Numbered from the whole stretch's first letter, positions 1-9,660 are shown. The stretch: DNA of 59,001 bases, filler included, from 4 parts of 4 records of this genome joined end to end with filler, not necessarily neighbours in it, one strand, 5' to 3'. Program-made: numbers and translations. Notes: a model not told the origin generated them from the letters alone.

Positions 1-1
1 C

Positions 2-703
2 GAAATGGGCGGCAAGAACCCGACCATCGTGCTCGACGACGCCGACCTCAAGGTGGCCGTCGAAACCGTGGCGCAGTCGGCCTTCTTCTCGACTGGTCAG
101 CGTTGCACCGCGTCATCGCGCGTGATCGTGACCGAAGGCATCCACGACGCATTTGTCGATGCCCTGTGCGAGCGCACCAAGAACCTGCGTGTCGGCGATG
201 CCCTGGCCAAGGACACCGAAATCGGTCCTGTGGTCGATCCGGGCCAGCTCAAGCAGGACATGGACTATATCGAGATCGGTCAGTCCGAAGGCGCGACGCT
301 GCGCGTGGGCGGCAATCGGGTCAATGCGGCAACGGAAGGCTACTTCCTGCAGCCAGCGCTGTTCACCGACGCCACCAACGACATGCGCATCAGCCGCGAA
401 GAGATCTTCGGGCCGGTGGCCTCGGTCATTCGCGCCAAGGACTATGATGAAGCGCTGGCCATGGCCAATGACACCGAGTTCGGTCTGTCGGCCGGTATCG
501 TGACCACCTCGCTGAAATACGCCACCGACTTCAAGCGCAATTCCGAAGCCGGCATGGTGATGGTCAATGTGCCCACCGCTGGCGTGGACTTCCACGTGCC
601 ATTTGGGGGTCGCAAGGGCTCGAGCTATGGCCCACGCGAGCAGGGCAAGTACGCGGCCGAGTTCTTCACCGTGGTCAAGACGGCCTATACCGCCGCCGGC
701 TAA
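2..703 (+). CDS. Aldehyde dehydrogenase, C-terminal part (2,5-dioxopentanoate/alpha-ketoglutaric semialdehyde dehydrogenase-like); 5' end outside window
   Basis: ALDH motifs EMGGKNP (catalytic Glu), GQRCTA (catalytic Cys), EEIFGP and PFGGRKGS; the frame is open from base 2. Confidence 0.9.
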   Translation, partial: EMGGKNPTIVLDDADLKVAVETVAQSAFFSTGQRCTASSRVIVTEGIHDAFVDALCERTKNLRVGDALAKDTEIGPVVDPGQLKQDMDYIEIGQSEGATLRVGGNRVNAATEGYFLQPALFTDATNDMRISREEIFGPVASVIRAKDYDEALAMANDTEFGLSAGIVTTSLKYATDFKRNSEAGMVMVNVPTAGVDFHVPFGGRKGSSYGPREQGKYAAEFFTVVKTAYTAAG

Positions 704-728
704 TCGCCATTGCGGTTTTAGAACGACC

Positions 729-760
729 AGCCCTCGCAGCATCACGCTGTGGGGGCTTTT
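729..760 (+). terminator. Probable intrinsic terminator between convergent genes
   Basis: Stem AGCCCTCGCAGC / GCTGTGGGGGCT (with G-U pairs), 5-nt loop, followed by a T run. Confidence 0.6.
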
Positions 761-766
761 GCTGGG

Positions 767-1186
767 CTATCGACGCTGGGTCAGTGCCATGCCAGCCAGA
801 ATGAGCACCACACCCAGGCTGCTGGCCCAGAGCGTGGTGGGGACATTGCGCAGCAGATCGAGCGCGACGCCGGAAACCATCTGGCCGCTAATGACCAACA
901 GGGCCGTGTTGGCCGCGCCGATGCGGGCGATCAGCCAGCTGCCGGCAGCCACAAAGACAACGCCAATGGGGCCGCCCACATAGGCATGCCAGGGCGCGTC
1001 AGCGGCGCCGGGCGGGACCAGCCCGCCAATGATGAGTCCCAGCACGCTGAGGGCGACAAAGCCCACCAGATGGTTCCAGAACGAGGCAATCAGCGGGGCG
1101 GTCGACAGGGCAAGTCGACCATTGATCTGGCGGCTAAGGCTGACCAGTGCCCCGGCGGTAAGGGCAAAGAAGATGGGCAGGATCAT
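767..1186 (-). CDS. Small DMT-superfamily transporter (YdcZ/DUF606 type), subunit 2
   Basis: 139 aa with five hydrophobic segments; INGRL, WHAYVGG and GQMVSGVALD motifs; 4-nt overlap with the upstream paralogue. Confidence 0.85.
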   Translation of the reverse strand: MILPIFFALTAGALVSLSRQINGRLALSTAPLIASFWNHLVGFVALSVLGLIIGGLVPPGAADAPWHAYVGGPIGVVFVAAGSWLIARIGAANTALLVISGQMVSGVALDLLRNVPTTLWASSLGVVLILAGMALTQRR

Positions 1187-1659
1187 GCGCCTCTCCCGAA
1201 CAGGATGATCAGGGCGCTACCGGCGACAATCAAAGCCAGCGCCGCCATATCGCGGGCCGTGGGGCGGCGGCGGGGCATGCCGAACAGTCCCCAGCGATCG
1301 GCGGCAAGGCTGAACACAACCTGACCGGCCAGACCCAGCGCCAGCGTGCCGGACAGGGCCAGGGCGGAGTTGACGGTGGTGGAGGTCAGAATGACGGTGA
1401 GGGCGCCCGATATGCCGCCCAGATAGGCCCAGAGTGGCGCCTTGCCGGACGCGACGGGCGCGCGCGGGCGCCGATACAGCACGGCAAGCATGATGATGGC
1501 GGCCACGGTGCCGGTCCCATGGGCGGCCCAGGAGGAAAATAGCGGGTTGCCGTAATGGGCCAGCTGGCCGTTGAACAGGACCATCAAGGTGAGCAGGCCG
1601 CCGGAGAGGAAGGCGGCCAGCACATGGAGCGGATTGAGCCGCTGGGTGGTGGTAGTCAT
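1183..1659 (-). CDS. Small DMT-superfamily transporter (YdcZ/DUF606 type), subunit 1
   Basis: FNGQL, PLWAYLGG and GQVVFSLAADRWGLFG motifs; start placed at ATG 1659 (MTTTTQR), since the longer ORF overlaps the aminotransferase. Confidence 0.85.
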   Translation of the reverse strand: MTTTTQRLNPLHVLAAFLSGGLLTLMVLFNGQLAHYGNPLFSSWAAHGTGTVAAIIMLAVLYRRPRAPVASGKAPLWAYLGGISGALTVILTSTTVNSALALSGTLALGLAGQVVFSLAADRWGLFGMPRRRPTARDMAALALIVAGSALIILFGRGA

Positions 1660-1712
1660 GCAAGGTCCGAATCGTGGTGAGGCGTGGCCAAAACTAGCAT
1701 GCCTGATCCGCT

Positions 1713-2924
1713 TCAATGCACGTTGACAGCCCGCGCCATGGCCTGACGACCGAGCAGTTGGCAAAGCTTGAAAATGCCCAGCTCGATCTGGGCCTCGTCG
1801 GCCAGCGAAAAGCTTAGCCGCAGGGTGTTTCGACCCGTGCCGTCGGGGAAGAAGGCGCCGCCGGGCACAAAGGCGATGTCTTCGCGAATAGCCTGCGAAA
1901 GCAGGGCACTGGCGTCGATGTGCTCGGGCAATTCGAGCCAGATGAACATGCCGCCATCAGGCTTTTTCCAGCGCACGGCGGTGGGAGCATAGCGCTCCAG
2001 CGCGGCCAGCATGGCATCGCGCCGTGTGCGATAGACGCTGCGAATGGCGGTTACCTGCGCATCATAGCTGCTGGTGGCGACATGGTGCATGACCATCTGG
2101 TTGACGGTTGAGGTGTGCAGATCCGCGCTCTGCTTGAGCATGGCAAGTTTGCGGATCAGGGCTGTGGGGCCGCAGACCCAACCAATGCGCAGGCCGGGTG
2201 ACAGTGTCTTGGAAAAGGTACCGCAATAGAGCGTGCGGGTAGCCTCGACAGGGCCATTGGCGGCGTCGAGTGCGGCAATGGCGGGCAGGGCCTCGCCATC
2301 GTAGCGCAGGGCCGAGTAGGCGGCGTCTTCGACGATGATGGCATTGAGTGCACTGGCCTGTTCGAGCGCTTGCTGGCGGGCAAGGCGGCTCATGGTGAGG
2401 CCTGTCGGATTGGCGAAATCGGGCACCATATAGAGCAGGCGCGGGGCGTCGTCGCCCAGCGGATGGGGGGTGTCGAGTGCGGCAAAGCGGGGCTGGTAGG
2501 CGGAAAAGGCCTGCACGGCGCCCAGATAGGTGGGGCGGGCGGTGACTACGGCGCTGCCGGGATCGATCAGTAATTTGCCAATCAGATCAAGCGCCTGCTG
2601 GGAGCCGGTGGTGATCAGGATGTTGTCTGCCGTGGCCGGTACGCCCTGGGACTGCATATGGCTGGCCAGCCACTGGCGCAGCGGCGCGTAGCCTTCGGTG
2701 GTGGAGTATTGCAGGGCTTCGCGCGCCACCTGGGGGCCGCCAAATGCTTCGTGGCAGGCGGCCTGAAAAGCGGCGAGATTGAATAGCGCCGGGTCCGGAA
2801 TGCCGCCCGCAAAGGAAATCATCGACGGCTTGCCGACCAGCTTGAGCAGCTCGCGAATTTCGGAAGCCTTGAGGGTCTGGGCGCGTATGGCGAGGCGAAA
2901 ATCGGGCTGGGGCATTTGTACCAT
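1713..2924 (-). CDS. PLP-dependent class I aminotransferase (2-aminoadipate transaminase/LysN-like)
   Basis: SEIRELLK, ISFAGGIPDP, PDFANPTG, EDAAY, GTFSKTLSPGLRIGW (PLP Lys) and LRLSFS. Confidence 0.9.
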   Translation of the reverse strand: MVQMPQPDFRLAIRAQTLKASEIRELLKLVGKPSMISFAGGIPDPALFNLAAFQAACHEAFGGPQVAREALQYSTTEGYAPLRQWLASHMQSQGVPATADNILITTGSQQALDLIGKLLIDPGSAVVTARPTYLGAVQAFSAYQPRFAALDTPHPLGDDAPRLLYMVPDFANPTGLTMSRLARQQALEQASALNAIIVEDAAYSALRYDGEALPAIAALDAANGPVEATRTLYCGTFSKTLSPGLRIGWVCGPTALIRKLAMLKQSADLHTSTVNQMVMHHVATSSYDAQVTAIRSVYRTRRDAMLAALERYAPTAVRWKKPDGGMFIWLELPEHIDASALLSQAIREDIAFVPGGAFFPDGTGRNTLRLSFSLADEAQIELGIFKLCQLLGRQAMARAVNVH

Positions 2925-2940
2925 CCGTCAGTGATATGAC

Positions 2941-2980
2941 TGATACAATCACTTCATTATTGTTATGTCAACTGTATTGA
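2941..2980. promoter_or_regulatory. Putative MocR-family operator upstream of the aminotransferase
   Basis: TGATACAAT at 2941-2949 plus inverted CTGTATTG at 2972-2979 in an AT-rich patch; the same 9-mer recurs at 3646-3654. Confidence 0.5.
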
Positions 2981-3115
2981 CCTTGTTGCGAGGAGGCCGT
3001 AGGAATCACCCTCGGATGCGGTGCTGTATCCGCCGCTGTGCTGGCGTTTTCGATGTCGGGGCGGGGTTTTCAACATTGTAACACTGCCTGTGTGGGCGGG
3101 GATTGGGAGACGGCG

Positions 3116-3523
3116 ATGAGTTTTGTATCGGAATATGCAGTGGCGGCGCCTGCGGTTGCCGTGGCGCATTTTGGCCAGCGGCTGGCGCTAGAGACTGACT
3201 GCGCTGATGTGCAGGCGTGCCTGGCGGCTGGCGATGTGGATTTTGTGCTGCTCCATGTGGTGGGCTCGGATGCTGCCTTTGCCCGCCGACATGTGCCGGG
3301 TGCCCTGCATCTGCCGCATCGCCAGATAAATGCTGAACGGATGGCGCAATGGCCTGCAGACACGCTGTTTGTGGTGTATTGCGCGGGGCCGCACTGCAAT
3401 GGTGCTGACCAGGCAGCGTTGAAGCTGGCGCGGCTAGGACGTCCGGTCAAGCTGATGATTGGCGGACTGACAGGCTGGGCCGATGAGGGTTTTGCCTTTG
3501 GGAGTGCTGTCGAGGCGGTGTGA
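3116..3523 (+). CDS. Single-domain rhodanese-like protein
   Basis: HVPGALHLP and VVYCAGPHCNGA active-site loop; GGAG RBS before ATG 3116. Confidence 0.88.
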   Translation: MSFVSEYAVAAPAVAVAHFGQRLALETDCADVQACLAAGDVDFVLLHVVGSDAAFARRHVPGALHLPHRQINAERMAQWPADTLFVVYCAGPHCNGADQAALKLARLGRPVKLMIGGLTGWADEGFAFGSAVEAV

Positions 3524-3640
3524 CAGGTTGGGTCAACTGGTTGACAGACTGTGCACACTGAGCCTCGTCCCAGGGCCGATTGTGCTGCGGTTTGGGGGCG
3601 CATGGACAATGGCAGTGGCGGGTATGATAGTATCAGCATA

Positions 3641-5005
3641 ATGAGTGATACAATATCAGAAAACAGCAATACAATGCAGCTTGATGATAGTGACCTGCCG
3701 CTGCATGAGCGGCTGGCCAATGCCGTCGAGGCGGCGATAGCGACCGGGCAGTTCCAGGCAGGGTCACGCCTGCCGACACACCGGCAATTGGCACAACAGT
3801 TTTCGGTATCGATTGGCAGCGTGACGCGGGCGATTGATACGCTGAGTGCCCGTGGCGTGGTACGCGGCGAGATCGGGCGCGGCACGTTCGTGCTCGAGCA
3901 GGGCGATAGCGATGATGGTGGTGTGGTGGACCTGACGGTCAACGCACCGCCGCCCGTGGTGCCGCTGGCGCGGTTGAACGAAGCGAGCCTGATGGCCAAT
4001 CGTCAGGCGCTGGGGTTGGCCCATGGCGGCTATGTCGACCCCAGTGGGACCGAGCGGCAGCGCGCCGTGATCGCTGACTGGCTGAGCCAGAGCCGGACCG
4101 CGCTGAAGGCCGATGATATCCTGTTGTGCAACGGGGCCCAGCAGGGGCTACATCTGGCCTTTGCCGTGCTGCAGCCGCGCTCCAACATCATCCTGACAGA
4201 AACGGCAACATTCCCCGGCGCCCTGGCGGCGGCGGCCAATCTGGGGATGAGCATGGCGCCGGTGGCCATTGATGATGAAGGCATGTTGCCCACCGCACTG
4301 GCACAGGCGCTGGAAACCAGCGGTGCGCGGATCATCTATACAACGCCGGTGTGCCAGAACCCTCTGGGGTTTGAGACGGGGCCAGCGCGGCGGCGCGAAC
4401 TGGCGGCAATCGCCCGGCGCTATGACGCGATGATCATCGAGGATGATATTTACGGGGTCTATGCGGCCAAGGGGCGACTGACCTATCGCGAGCTGGCGCC
4501 CGAGCGGGTGTTTTATGTCACCAGCCTGTCCAAGAGCGTGACGCCGCTGGTACGCGAAGGGGTGATCGCGCCGCCGCCCGAACTGATGGCGGCCGTGCGC
4601 AAGCGGCTGCGGGCCGAATGCTGGGGGTTGCCGCCCTATATTGGCGAACTGGCCGCCGCGATGATCGAGACGGGACTGGCGGGCGACGCCGCATCGGCCC
4701 TGCGCGAAGAGGCCCGCGCGCGCGTGGCGCTGACCCAGGATTTGCTGGGACTGGATGCTGTGCCGATGCCCGATGGCGCACCGCATGTGTGGCTGGCCAT
4801 GGACCCTCTCAAGGCCGAGCAGTTCGCCCGCCGCGCCAGCGAAGCCGGGGTGCGCATCACCCCGCCTTCGGCCACCCAGGTCGGCGAGGCGCCGGTGAGC
4901 GGGGTGCGGCTCTGCATCATGGCCCCCGCTGCCCGCGCCACACTGACCCGGGCTCTCAAGATCATTGCCGGGATACTGGGCAGTGACGAGGATGTGGTGG
5001 TTTAA
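3641..5005 (+). CDS. MocR/GabR-family regulator (GntR wHTH + aminotransferase-like domain)
   Basis: GSRLPTHRQLAQQFSVSIGSVTRA...GRGTFV HTH, then NGAQQG, QNPLG, EDDIYG and SLSKS; start is 3641 or 3674. Confidence 0.88.
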   Translation: MSDTISENSNTMQLDDSDLPLHERLANAVEAAIATGQFQAGSRLPTHRQLAQQFSVSIGSVTRAIDTLSARGVVRGEIGRGTFVLEQGDSDDGGVVDLTVNAPPPVVPLARLNEASLMANRQALGLAHGGYVDPSGTERQRAVIADWLSQSRTALKADDILLCNGAQQGLHLAFAVLQPRSNIILTETATFPGALAAAANLGMSMAPVAIDDEGMLPTALAQALETSGARIIYTTPVCQNPLGFETGPARRRELAAIARRYDAMIIEDDIYGVYAAKGRLTYRELAPERVFYVTSLSKSVTPLVREGVIAPPPELMAAVRKRLRAECWGLPPYIGELAAAMIETGLAGDAASALREEARARVALTQDLLGLDAVPMPDGAPHVWLAMDPLKAEQFARRASEAGVRITPPSATQVGEAPVSGVRLCIMAPAARATLTRALKIIAGILGSDEDVVV

Positions 5006-5195
5006 GGGCGCGGCGGCTGGAGCCGCGCTGCAACCTAGTGTTCACGGCGTGGCTGGCTTCAGCGACCACCGCAATTCGGCGCACAGCATTGGCTTTGTTT
5101 CGCTGATAATCGACGCGGCATAAAACCGCTCTTGGGTGGGTGTCCATTGGAAGGGACCGGCGCCCGTCAGGTGCGGATAATGAGCAGCGGAGTGC

Positions 5196-5660
5196 CTAAA
5201 CGTCGTCCGGCGGTTGTTCAGACGCACTTCCCGGCGTTTTTCCGCCCAGAGCGTCGCGCAATTCCAGAGTGATTTCGGCAAGCTCGCGTGCCTTTTCCGG
5301 ACCGATTGCGTTCTCAATGACATCGTCAATGGCGCGCCAGGCCGCGCGAATCTGATCGAGCAGGTCACTGCCCTTTTTCGACAGTCTGAGCGTGTTGCTG
5401 CGAATGTCGTGGCGATCGACTTCGCGCGTGATGAAACCGGCCGCCACCAGCCGTGCCGTCATGGTGCTCATGCTGGCCGGGGAGACATCGAAGGCCCGGG
5501 CAAGTTCGACCTGCGACGCGCGGCTCATTCTGGCGAGAGCATCGAGGATGCGTGCCTGTCGCGGCTTGATGCCAAGCGGCGCAAGCTGATGATGGAGGCG
5601 GTCCTCGATGAGGTCTGCGGAATGCAGCAGGTAGTGCAGGCGAAGGCTGTCTGATTGCAT
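5196..5660 (-). CDS. MarR-family transcriptional regulator
   Basis: QARIL...SQVELARAFDVSPASMSTMTARLVAAGFITREVDRHDIRS winged HTH; start placed at ATG 5660. Confidence 0.88.
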   Translation of the reverse strand: MQSDSLRLHYLLHSADLIEDRLHHQLAPLGIKPRQARILDALARMSRASQVELARAFDVSPASMSTMTARLVAAGFITREVDRHDIRSNTLRLSKKGSDLLDQIRAAWRAIDDVIENAIGPEKARELAEITLELRDALGGKTPGSASEQPPDDV

Positions 5661-5666
5661 GGGTAT

Positions 5667-5682
5667 AGTTAGTATGCTAACT
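5667..5682. promoter_or_regulatory. Putative MarR operator palindrome
   Basis: AGTTAG-TATG-CTAACT inverted repeat 7 bp upstream of the marR start, in the divergent marR/YHYH intergenic region. Confidence 0.65.
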
Positions 5683-5802
5683 GTCACGTAACGGCAAGAG
5701 GAGCGCGGGGTGCAATCGGCGTGCAATGTCCGGCCTTCAATATACAAGAGACGGCTTACTTTCGTGAGCTTCCTGGCCACTGCTCTGCGAATTTGGAACA
5801 TC

Positions 5803-6975
5803 ATGCAAAAAACCAACCAAGCGATCCGTACTCTACTGCTTGCTGGCGCGTTCACGACGCCCGGTATTGCCGCCGCGCACAGCGACATGGCCAGTTTCGA
5901 CGCCGCCATATTCGTCGAGCAGCCGGTCACCGTGGAGTGCATGCTGGACAGTGGCGCTGCCGCGAGTTGTCACGAGTTCACGGTGCGCTATTTGCCTAAG
6001 GGTCTCGAGATTGGACCATTTTGTCCTGCTACCCTGGACGACGTCGGGGGCATCTGGCAGTGGACCGGCGAGAATGGCGGGCTCTACCGCGTAGATGCTG
6101 CGTTCCTGCATATGCTCGATGATCTGGGCTACCGCTTCTTTGACGATGACGGCACCGTCCATGTGGTGGATATCGCGACCGAGCAGCCAAGTGTCGATCA
6201 TGCCTGCATCAATGTCTCGGCCGACGAGACTGTCACCATCACCATGCGCCTTCCGGTCGATCCGGTCATGGCAGAAACCCCAACTGCTCTGGGCGTGGTT
6301 GGCAAGGTCGGCATCGCGCTTGATGGCGTGCCGATCTTCTCGGATGCCCCCAGCATTCAGCAGACTGGCCATATGCCCGCACTTGATACCTGTGGCGGCC
6401 ATATCGATCCCGGCGGCTGGTATCACTGGCACGCCACCTCGACCGATATCGACACGGTCTTTGAAGCCGAAGACGTGGCGGCCCAGTGCGGCCTGGAACA
6501 GGACAGCGCTGCCCTGTTCGGATATGCCTTTGATGGCTTCCCGATGTATGGCAGCGCCGAGGCCGATGGATCTTCCCCGGTAGCGCTCGATGACTGCAAT
6601 GGCCATGTCGGGGTGACGGCGCTGGGCGAGACCTATCACTACCATTCTTCCAAGGAATTTCCGAACCTGCCGGCCTGTCTGGTTGGCGTTCAGGCGCAGG
6701 ACAATTTCTCGACTACGGCAAGTGCCGGGGTCGGCGCGACCCAGGCTGGTGAGGGCGGTCGCAACGAGCCGCCACGTCCAACCGATGGTGGCCAGGGCGG
6801 GGCGCCTGCCGGCCTTGACGCGGCAGCTGCAACGCTGGGGATCACCACCGAGGCGCTGATGGATGCCCTGGGAGACGCCCAGGGCGGTCGCCCTGATCTG
6901 GCCGCAGCTGCAGCAACTCTTGGTATTACCGAAGGCGAGCTGAGTGCCGCCCTGCCAGCGCCGCCTATGCAGTAG
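5803..6975 (+). CDS. Secreted YHYH-domain protein 1
   Basis: Signal peptide (…PGIAAA-H); GIALDGVP, LDTCGGH, WYHWH, GYAFDGFPMYG, LDDCNGH and YHYH motifs; duplicated C-terminal AAAATLGIT helix. Confidence 0.85.
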   Translation: MQKTNQAIRTLLLAGAFTTPGIAAAHSDMASFDAAIFVEQPVTVECMLDSGAAASCHEFTVRYLPKGLEIGPFCPATLDDVGGIWQWTGENGGLYRVDAAFLHMLDDLGYRFFDDDGTVHVVDIATEQPSVDHACINVSADETVTITMRLPVDPVMAETPTALGVVGKVGIALDGVPIFSDAPSIQQTGHMPALDTCGGHIDPGGWYHWHATSTDIDTVFEAEDVAAQCGLEQDSAALFGYAFDGFPMYGSAEADGSSPVALDDCNGHVGVTALGETYHYHSSKEFPNLPACLVGVQAQDNFSTTASAGVGATQAGEGGRNEPPRPTDGGQGGAPAGLDAAAATLGITTEALMDALGDAQGGRPDLAAAAATLGITEGELSAALPAPPMQ

Positions 6976-7051
6976 ATGGCCGCTGAGCCGTGTATGCGGT
7001 TGTGGGGGTGTCGAACAAAGCATCGATCAGCAGAACGTTAGGACACAGGAT

Positions 7052-8062
7052 ATGAAGATCGCCATTGTCGCCATTGCTGGCTGGATCGCCGCGACAGCGC
7101 CGGGCCTTGCCCAGACTCAGACCCCGGCTGATCGTCTTGAGGAGATCGCCCAGTTCTTTGCTGGTGCCGATATCGTCTCGGGGCCGTCACTTGTGGACTG
7201 CACCTTGTCAGGCGGAACCAAAACCACCTGCTTTCAGCTCACCGTGACGACCGATCCGCAGACCTACACGCCCGGCCCGTGGTGCCCGAGCAACATCTCC
7301 CAGGACGCGTCACATGGCGGCATCTGGCTGGAAGATGGCGAAGTGCACGACGTCGACGGTGCCTTTATTGCCAATCTGGCTGAATTCTATGGCGATACCG
7401 ACTGGCAGTTGTTCGATGCGCAGACGGGCGACATCAATTTTACCGGCACACTGGCGTCGTGTGAGGCCGCTGCGCGTCCCGATGTGGATGCGGCGTACAA
7501 TAATTACTGCGTGCAGTGCCTGCCCGAGTACATGCCTGATGATGCGAGCGTGACCTATGTCATTCCATTGGACCCTCAGCCGGCGGCACGGGCGTCGCAG
7601 ACCGGCATGTCGGGCTCCGGCATCGCCTATAACGGCATTCGTCTGGATGGGCCTGCGCCTGTCGACGCGATCCTGGATGCGCACACCATCGCGCCATTCG
7701 ACGATTGTGGTGGCCATGTCAATTTGCATGTCGGCTACCACTATCACGCCGTCACGACTTGTCTGGATGCGTCACCGGCAACCACGGGGCTGGTGTCTGC
7801 CGGCGCCGCCGCGGAGCACGGCATGCAGATCGGGCTGGCCATGGATGGCTACCAGATATTTTCGCATCTGATGGGCGATGGCAGCGATCCGGCCGATCTG
7901 GACGCGTGCAACGGTCATCAGGCTGACAATGCGTCTTACCACTATCATGCAGGCGAAGCAGGCTCGAACGCTATTCTGGCCTGCCTGATGGCAGAAGCCG
8001 GTTGCGTTAGCGAGGACGCTGATGCGGCGTGCGATGCGTCGGCGCGACCCGGGCGACCGTAG
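7052..8062 (+). CDS. Secreted YHYH-domain protein 2
   Basis: Signal peptide (…APGLA-Q); GIAYNG, FDDCGGH, YHYH, GLAMDGY, LDACNGH and a second YHYH; Cys-rich. Confidence 0.85.
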   Translation: MKIAIVAIAGWIAATAPGLAQTQTPADRLEEIAQFFAGADIVSGPSLVDCTLSGGTKTTCFQLTVTTDPQTYTPGPWCPSNISQDASHGGIWLEDGEVHDVDGAFIANLAEFYGDTDWQLFDAQTGDINFTGTLASCEAAARPDVDAAYNNYCVQCLPEYMPDDASVTYVIPLDPQPAARASQTGMSGSGIAYNGIRLDGPAPVDAILDAHTIAPFDDCGGHVNLHVGYHYHAVTTCLDASPATTGLVSAGAAAEHGMQIGLAMDGYQIFSHLMGDGSDPADLDACNGHQADNASYHYHAGEAGSNAILACLMAEAGCVSEDADAACDASARPGRP

Positions 8063-8247
8063 TCGTTGATCTCACCCGGTTGAGGGCTGGCGGTTGAGCG
8101 TGCCCTAGAATCTGCGCCGGTTTCTGCGCGTCAGGATTGGTTGATACGATCTCCCGTCTGAGCTATGATGTACGTACCTCATTTTTGTGGTGTCCCCAGA
8201 ATCCCAGGCGGGCTCAGAAGGGCGTGAGGGGTGGGGGAGGTATCAAG

Positions 8248-8898
8248 ATGACGTCGTTCGAGATCAAGCCTGAGAGCGTCATTGCAGACGAGCAGTCGCT
8301 TCGGAAGCTGTTTTCCGCGACGCATGAGCTGGCTGTTCAGAAGCAACAGGGCGCGCTCGACGCGCACGCCCAAGCGTTTATTCGGCGTTCGCCGTTCATT
8401 TGCATAGGCACCCAGAACCTGGTGGGACAGGCCGATGTCAGCCCGCGCGGGGATCCGGTTGGCTTTGTCAAAATCCTCGATAAACACACGCTCGCGATAC
8501 CAGACCGGCCCGGCAATAACCGGCTCGATAGCCTAGTCAATATACTCGAGAATCCGCGGGTCGGCTTGTTGTTCATCATCCCGGGATTCGACGATACCTT
8601 GCGCGTGAACGGGCACGGCGTTCTGGTGACCGATCCCGACGTCCTGGAGGGCATGATCGTCAATGGCCGCCCGCCCAAACTGGCGATCGTGGTCAAGGTG
8701 GATGAGGTCTTTCTGCATTGCGCCAAAGCCTTTCGGCGCGCGCAATTGTGGAACCCGGAGCACTTCCAGAACCGCTCGGACATGCCGTCGCTGATCAAAA
8801 TGATCCTGGACCAGTCCAGCGGCGCGCCCAGCGACGCAACCGAGCAGCGCAAGCTCGATGATGATCTAGAAGATGACTACAAGCGCACCCTGTACTGA
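8248..8898 (+). CDS. Pyridoxamine 5'-phosphate oxidase-like FMN-binding protein (MSMEG_1061 type)
   Basis: DVSPRGDP, IPDRPGNNRLDS, LRVNG and HCAKAFRRA motifs; GGAGG RBS before ATG 8248. Confidence 0.88.
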   Translation: MTSFEIKPESVIADEQSLRKLFSATHELAVQKQQGALDAHAQAFIRRSPFICIGTQNLVGQADVSPRGDPVGFVKILDKHTLAIPDRPGNNRLDSLVNILENPRVGLLFIIPGFDDTLRVNGHGVLVTDPDVLEGMIVNGRPPKLAIVVKVDEVFLHCAKAFRRAQLWNPEHFQNRSDMPSLIKMILDQSSGAPSDATEQRKLDDDLEDDYKRTLY

Positions 8899-8938
8899 CT
8901 GGCGGTGCGGTGCTGCCGCCCGTCCGGTTGGCAGCTGG

Positions 8939-9589
8939 TCATGATGGGGCATCTGCACCGGTCAATGCGGCCTGGTTGAGGTAGCTGCGGCACATCTGGG
9001 CCAGTTGATCGCGGACATCATTTTCAAGGTCTGCCGGGAGGCGACGTTCGAAGACGTTGCGGACGGTGCCGAAAATCACCGCCAAAAGCGTGGTGTTGAC
9101 CAACGGCAGATCGGCGAAGCGGGCATCGGGGGCCGTGCTGAACATCGCGATGGTGGCGGTATCGACGCGCTGCGCGAAAGCGGCGATCAGGGCGTCATTG
9201 TCGAGTTCAACCGCGGCGCGATAAAGGGCGCGGGTGACGTCGCTGCGCTCGGTCTTGGCGGCCCAGTAAGTGTTCACCAGAGCATCGACCATTTCAGCGA
9301 TGGGGACGCCTGCGTGCTGGCTGCAGGCTGTCTCGATCCTGTCAGCGACCATGTCGAGATAGCGCTCGTTGAGGGCGTAGAGCAGCGCCTGCTTGTGGGG
9401 GAAGTACTGATACATGGTGCCCACAGATACACCTGCACGGTCGGCGACGCGGGTGGTGGTCAGGCGGTTGAGACCCTGGGCCAGCAAAACCTGAATAGTG
9501 GCTTCGAAAATGGCGTCGAGCGTGACCATCGAGCGCGCCTGAAGCGGCTTTTTGCGGGCAGCCAGATGGCCCGGAGTGGTGGTGGCCAT
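8939..9589 (-). CDS. TetR/AcrR-family regulator
   Basis: RKKPLQARS...LTTTRVADRAGVSVGTMYQYFPHKQAL HTH. Confidence 0.92.
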   Translation of the reverse strand: MATTTPGHLAARKKPLQARSMVTLDAIFEATIQVLLAQGLNRLTTTRVADRAGVSVGTMYQYFPHKQALLYALNERYLDMVADRIETACSQHAGVPIAEMVDALVNTYWAAKTERSDVTRALYRAAVELDNDALIAAFAQRVDTATIAMFSTAPDARFADLPLVNTTLLAVIFGTVRNVFERRLPADLENDVRDQLAQMCRSYLNQAALTGADAPS

Positions 9590-9660
9590 ATGCGAATCCT
9601 CAAGATGAATGATCCTTCATATAATCGGCTGCATCAACAGAACAATGTGAAAGATTACGC

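Noticed and set aside
3551-3640. Long N-terminal extensions in the ORF track (also 5661-5942, 11785-12009 and 20377-20484)
   Set aside because: Longest-ORF artefacts; downstream starts fit RBS position, domain boundaries and neighbouring genes better
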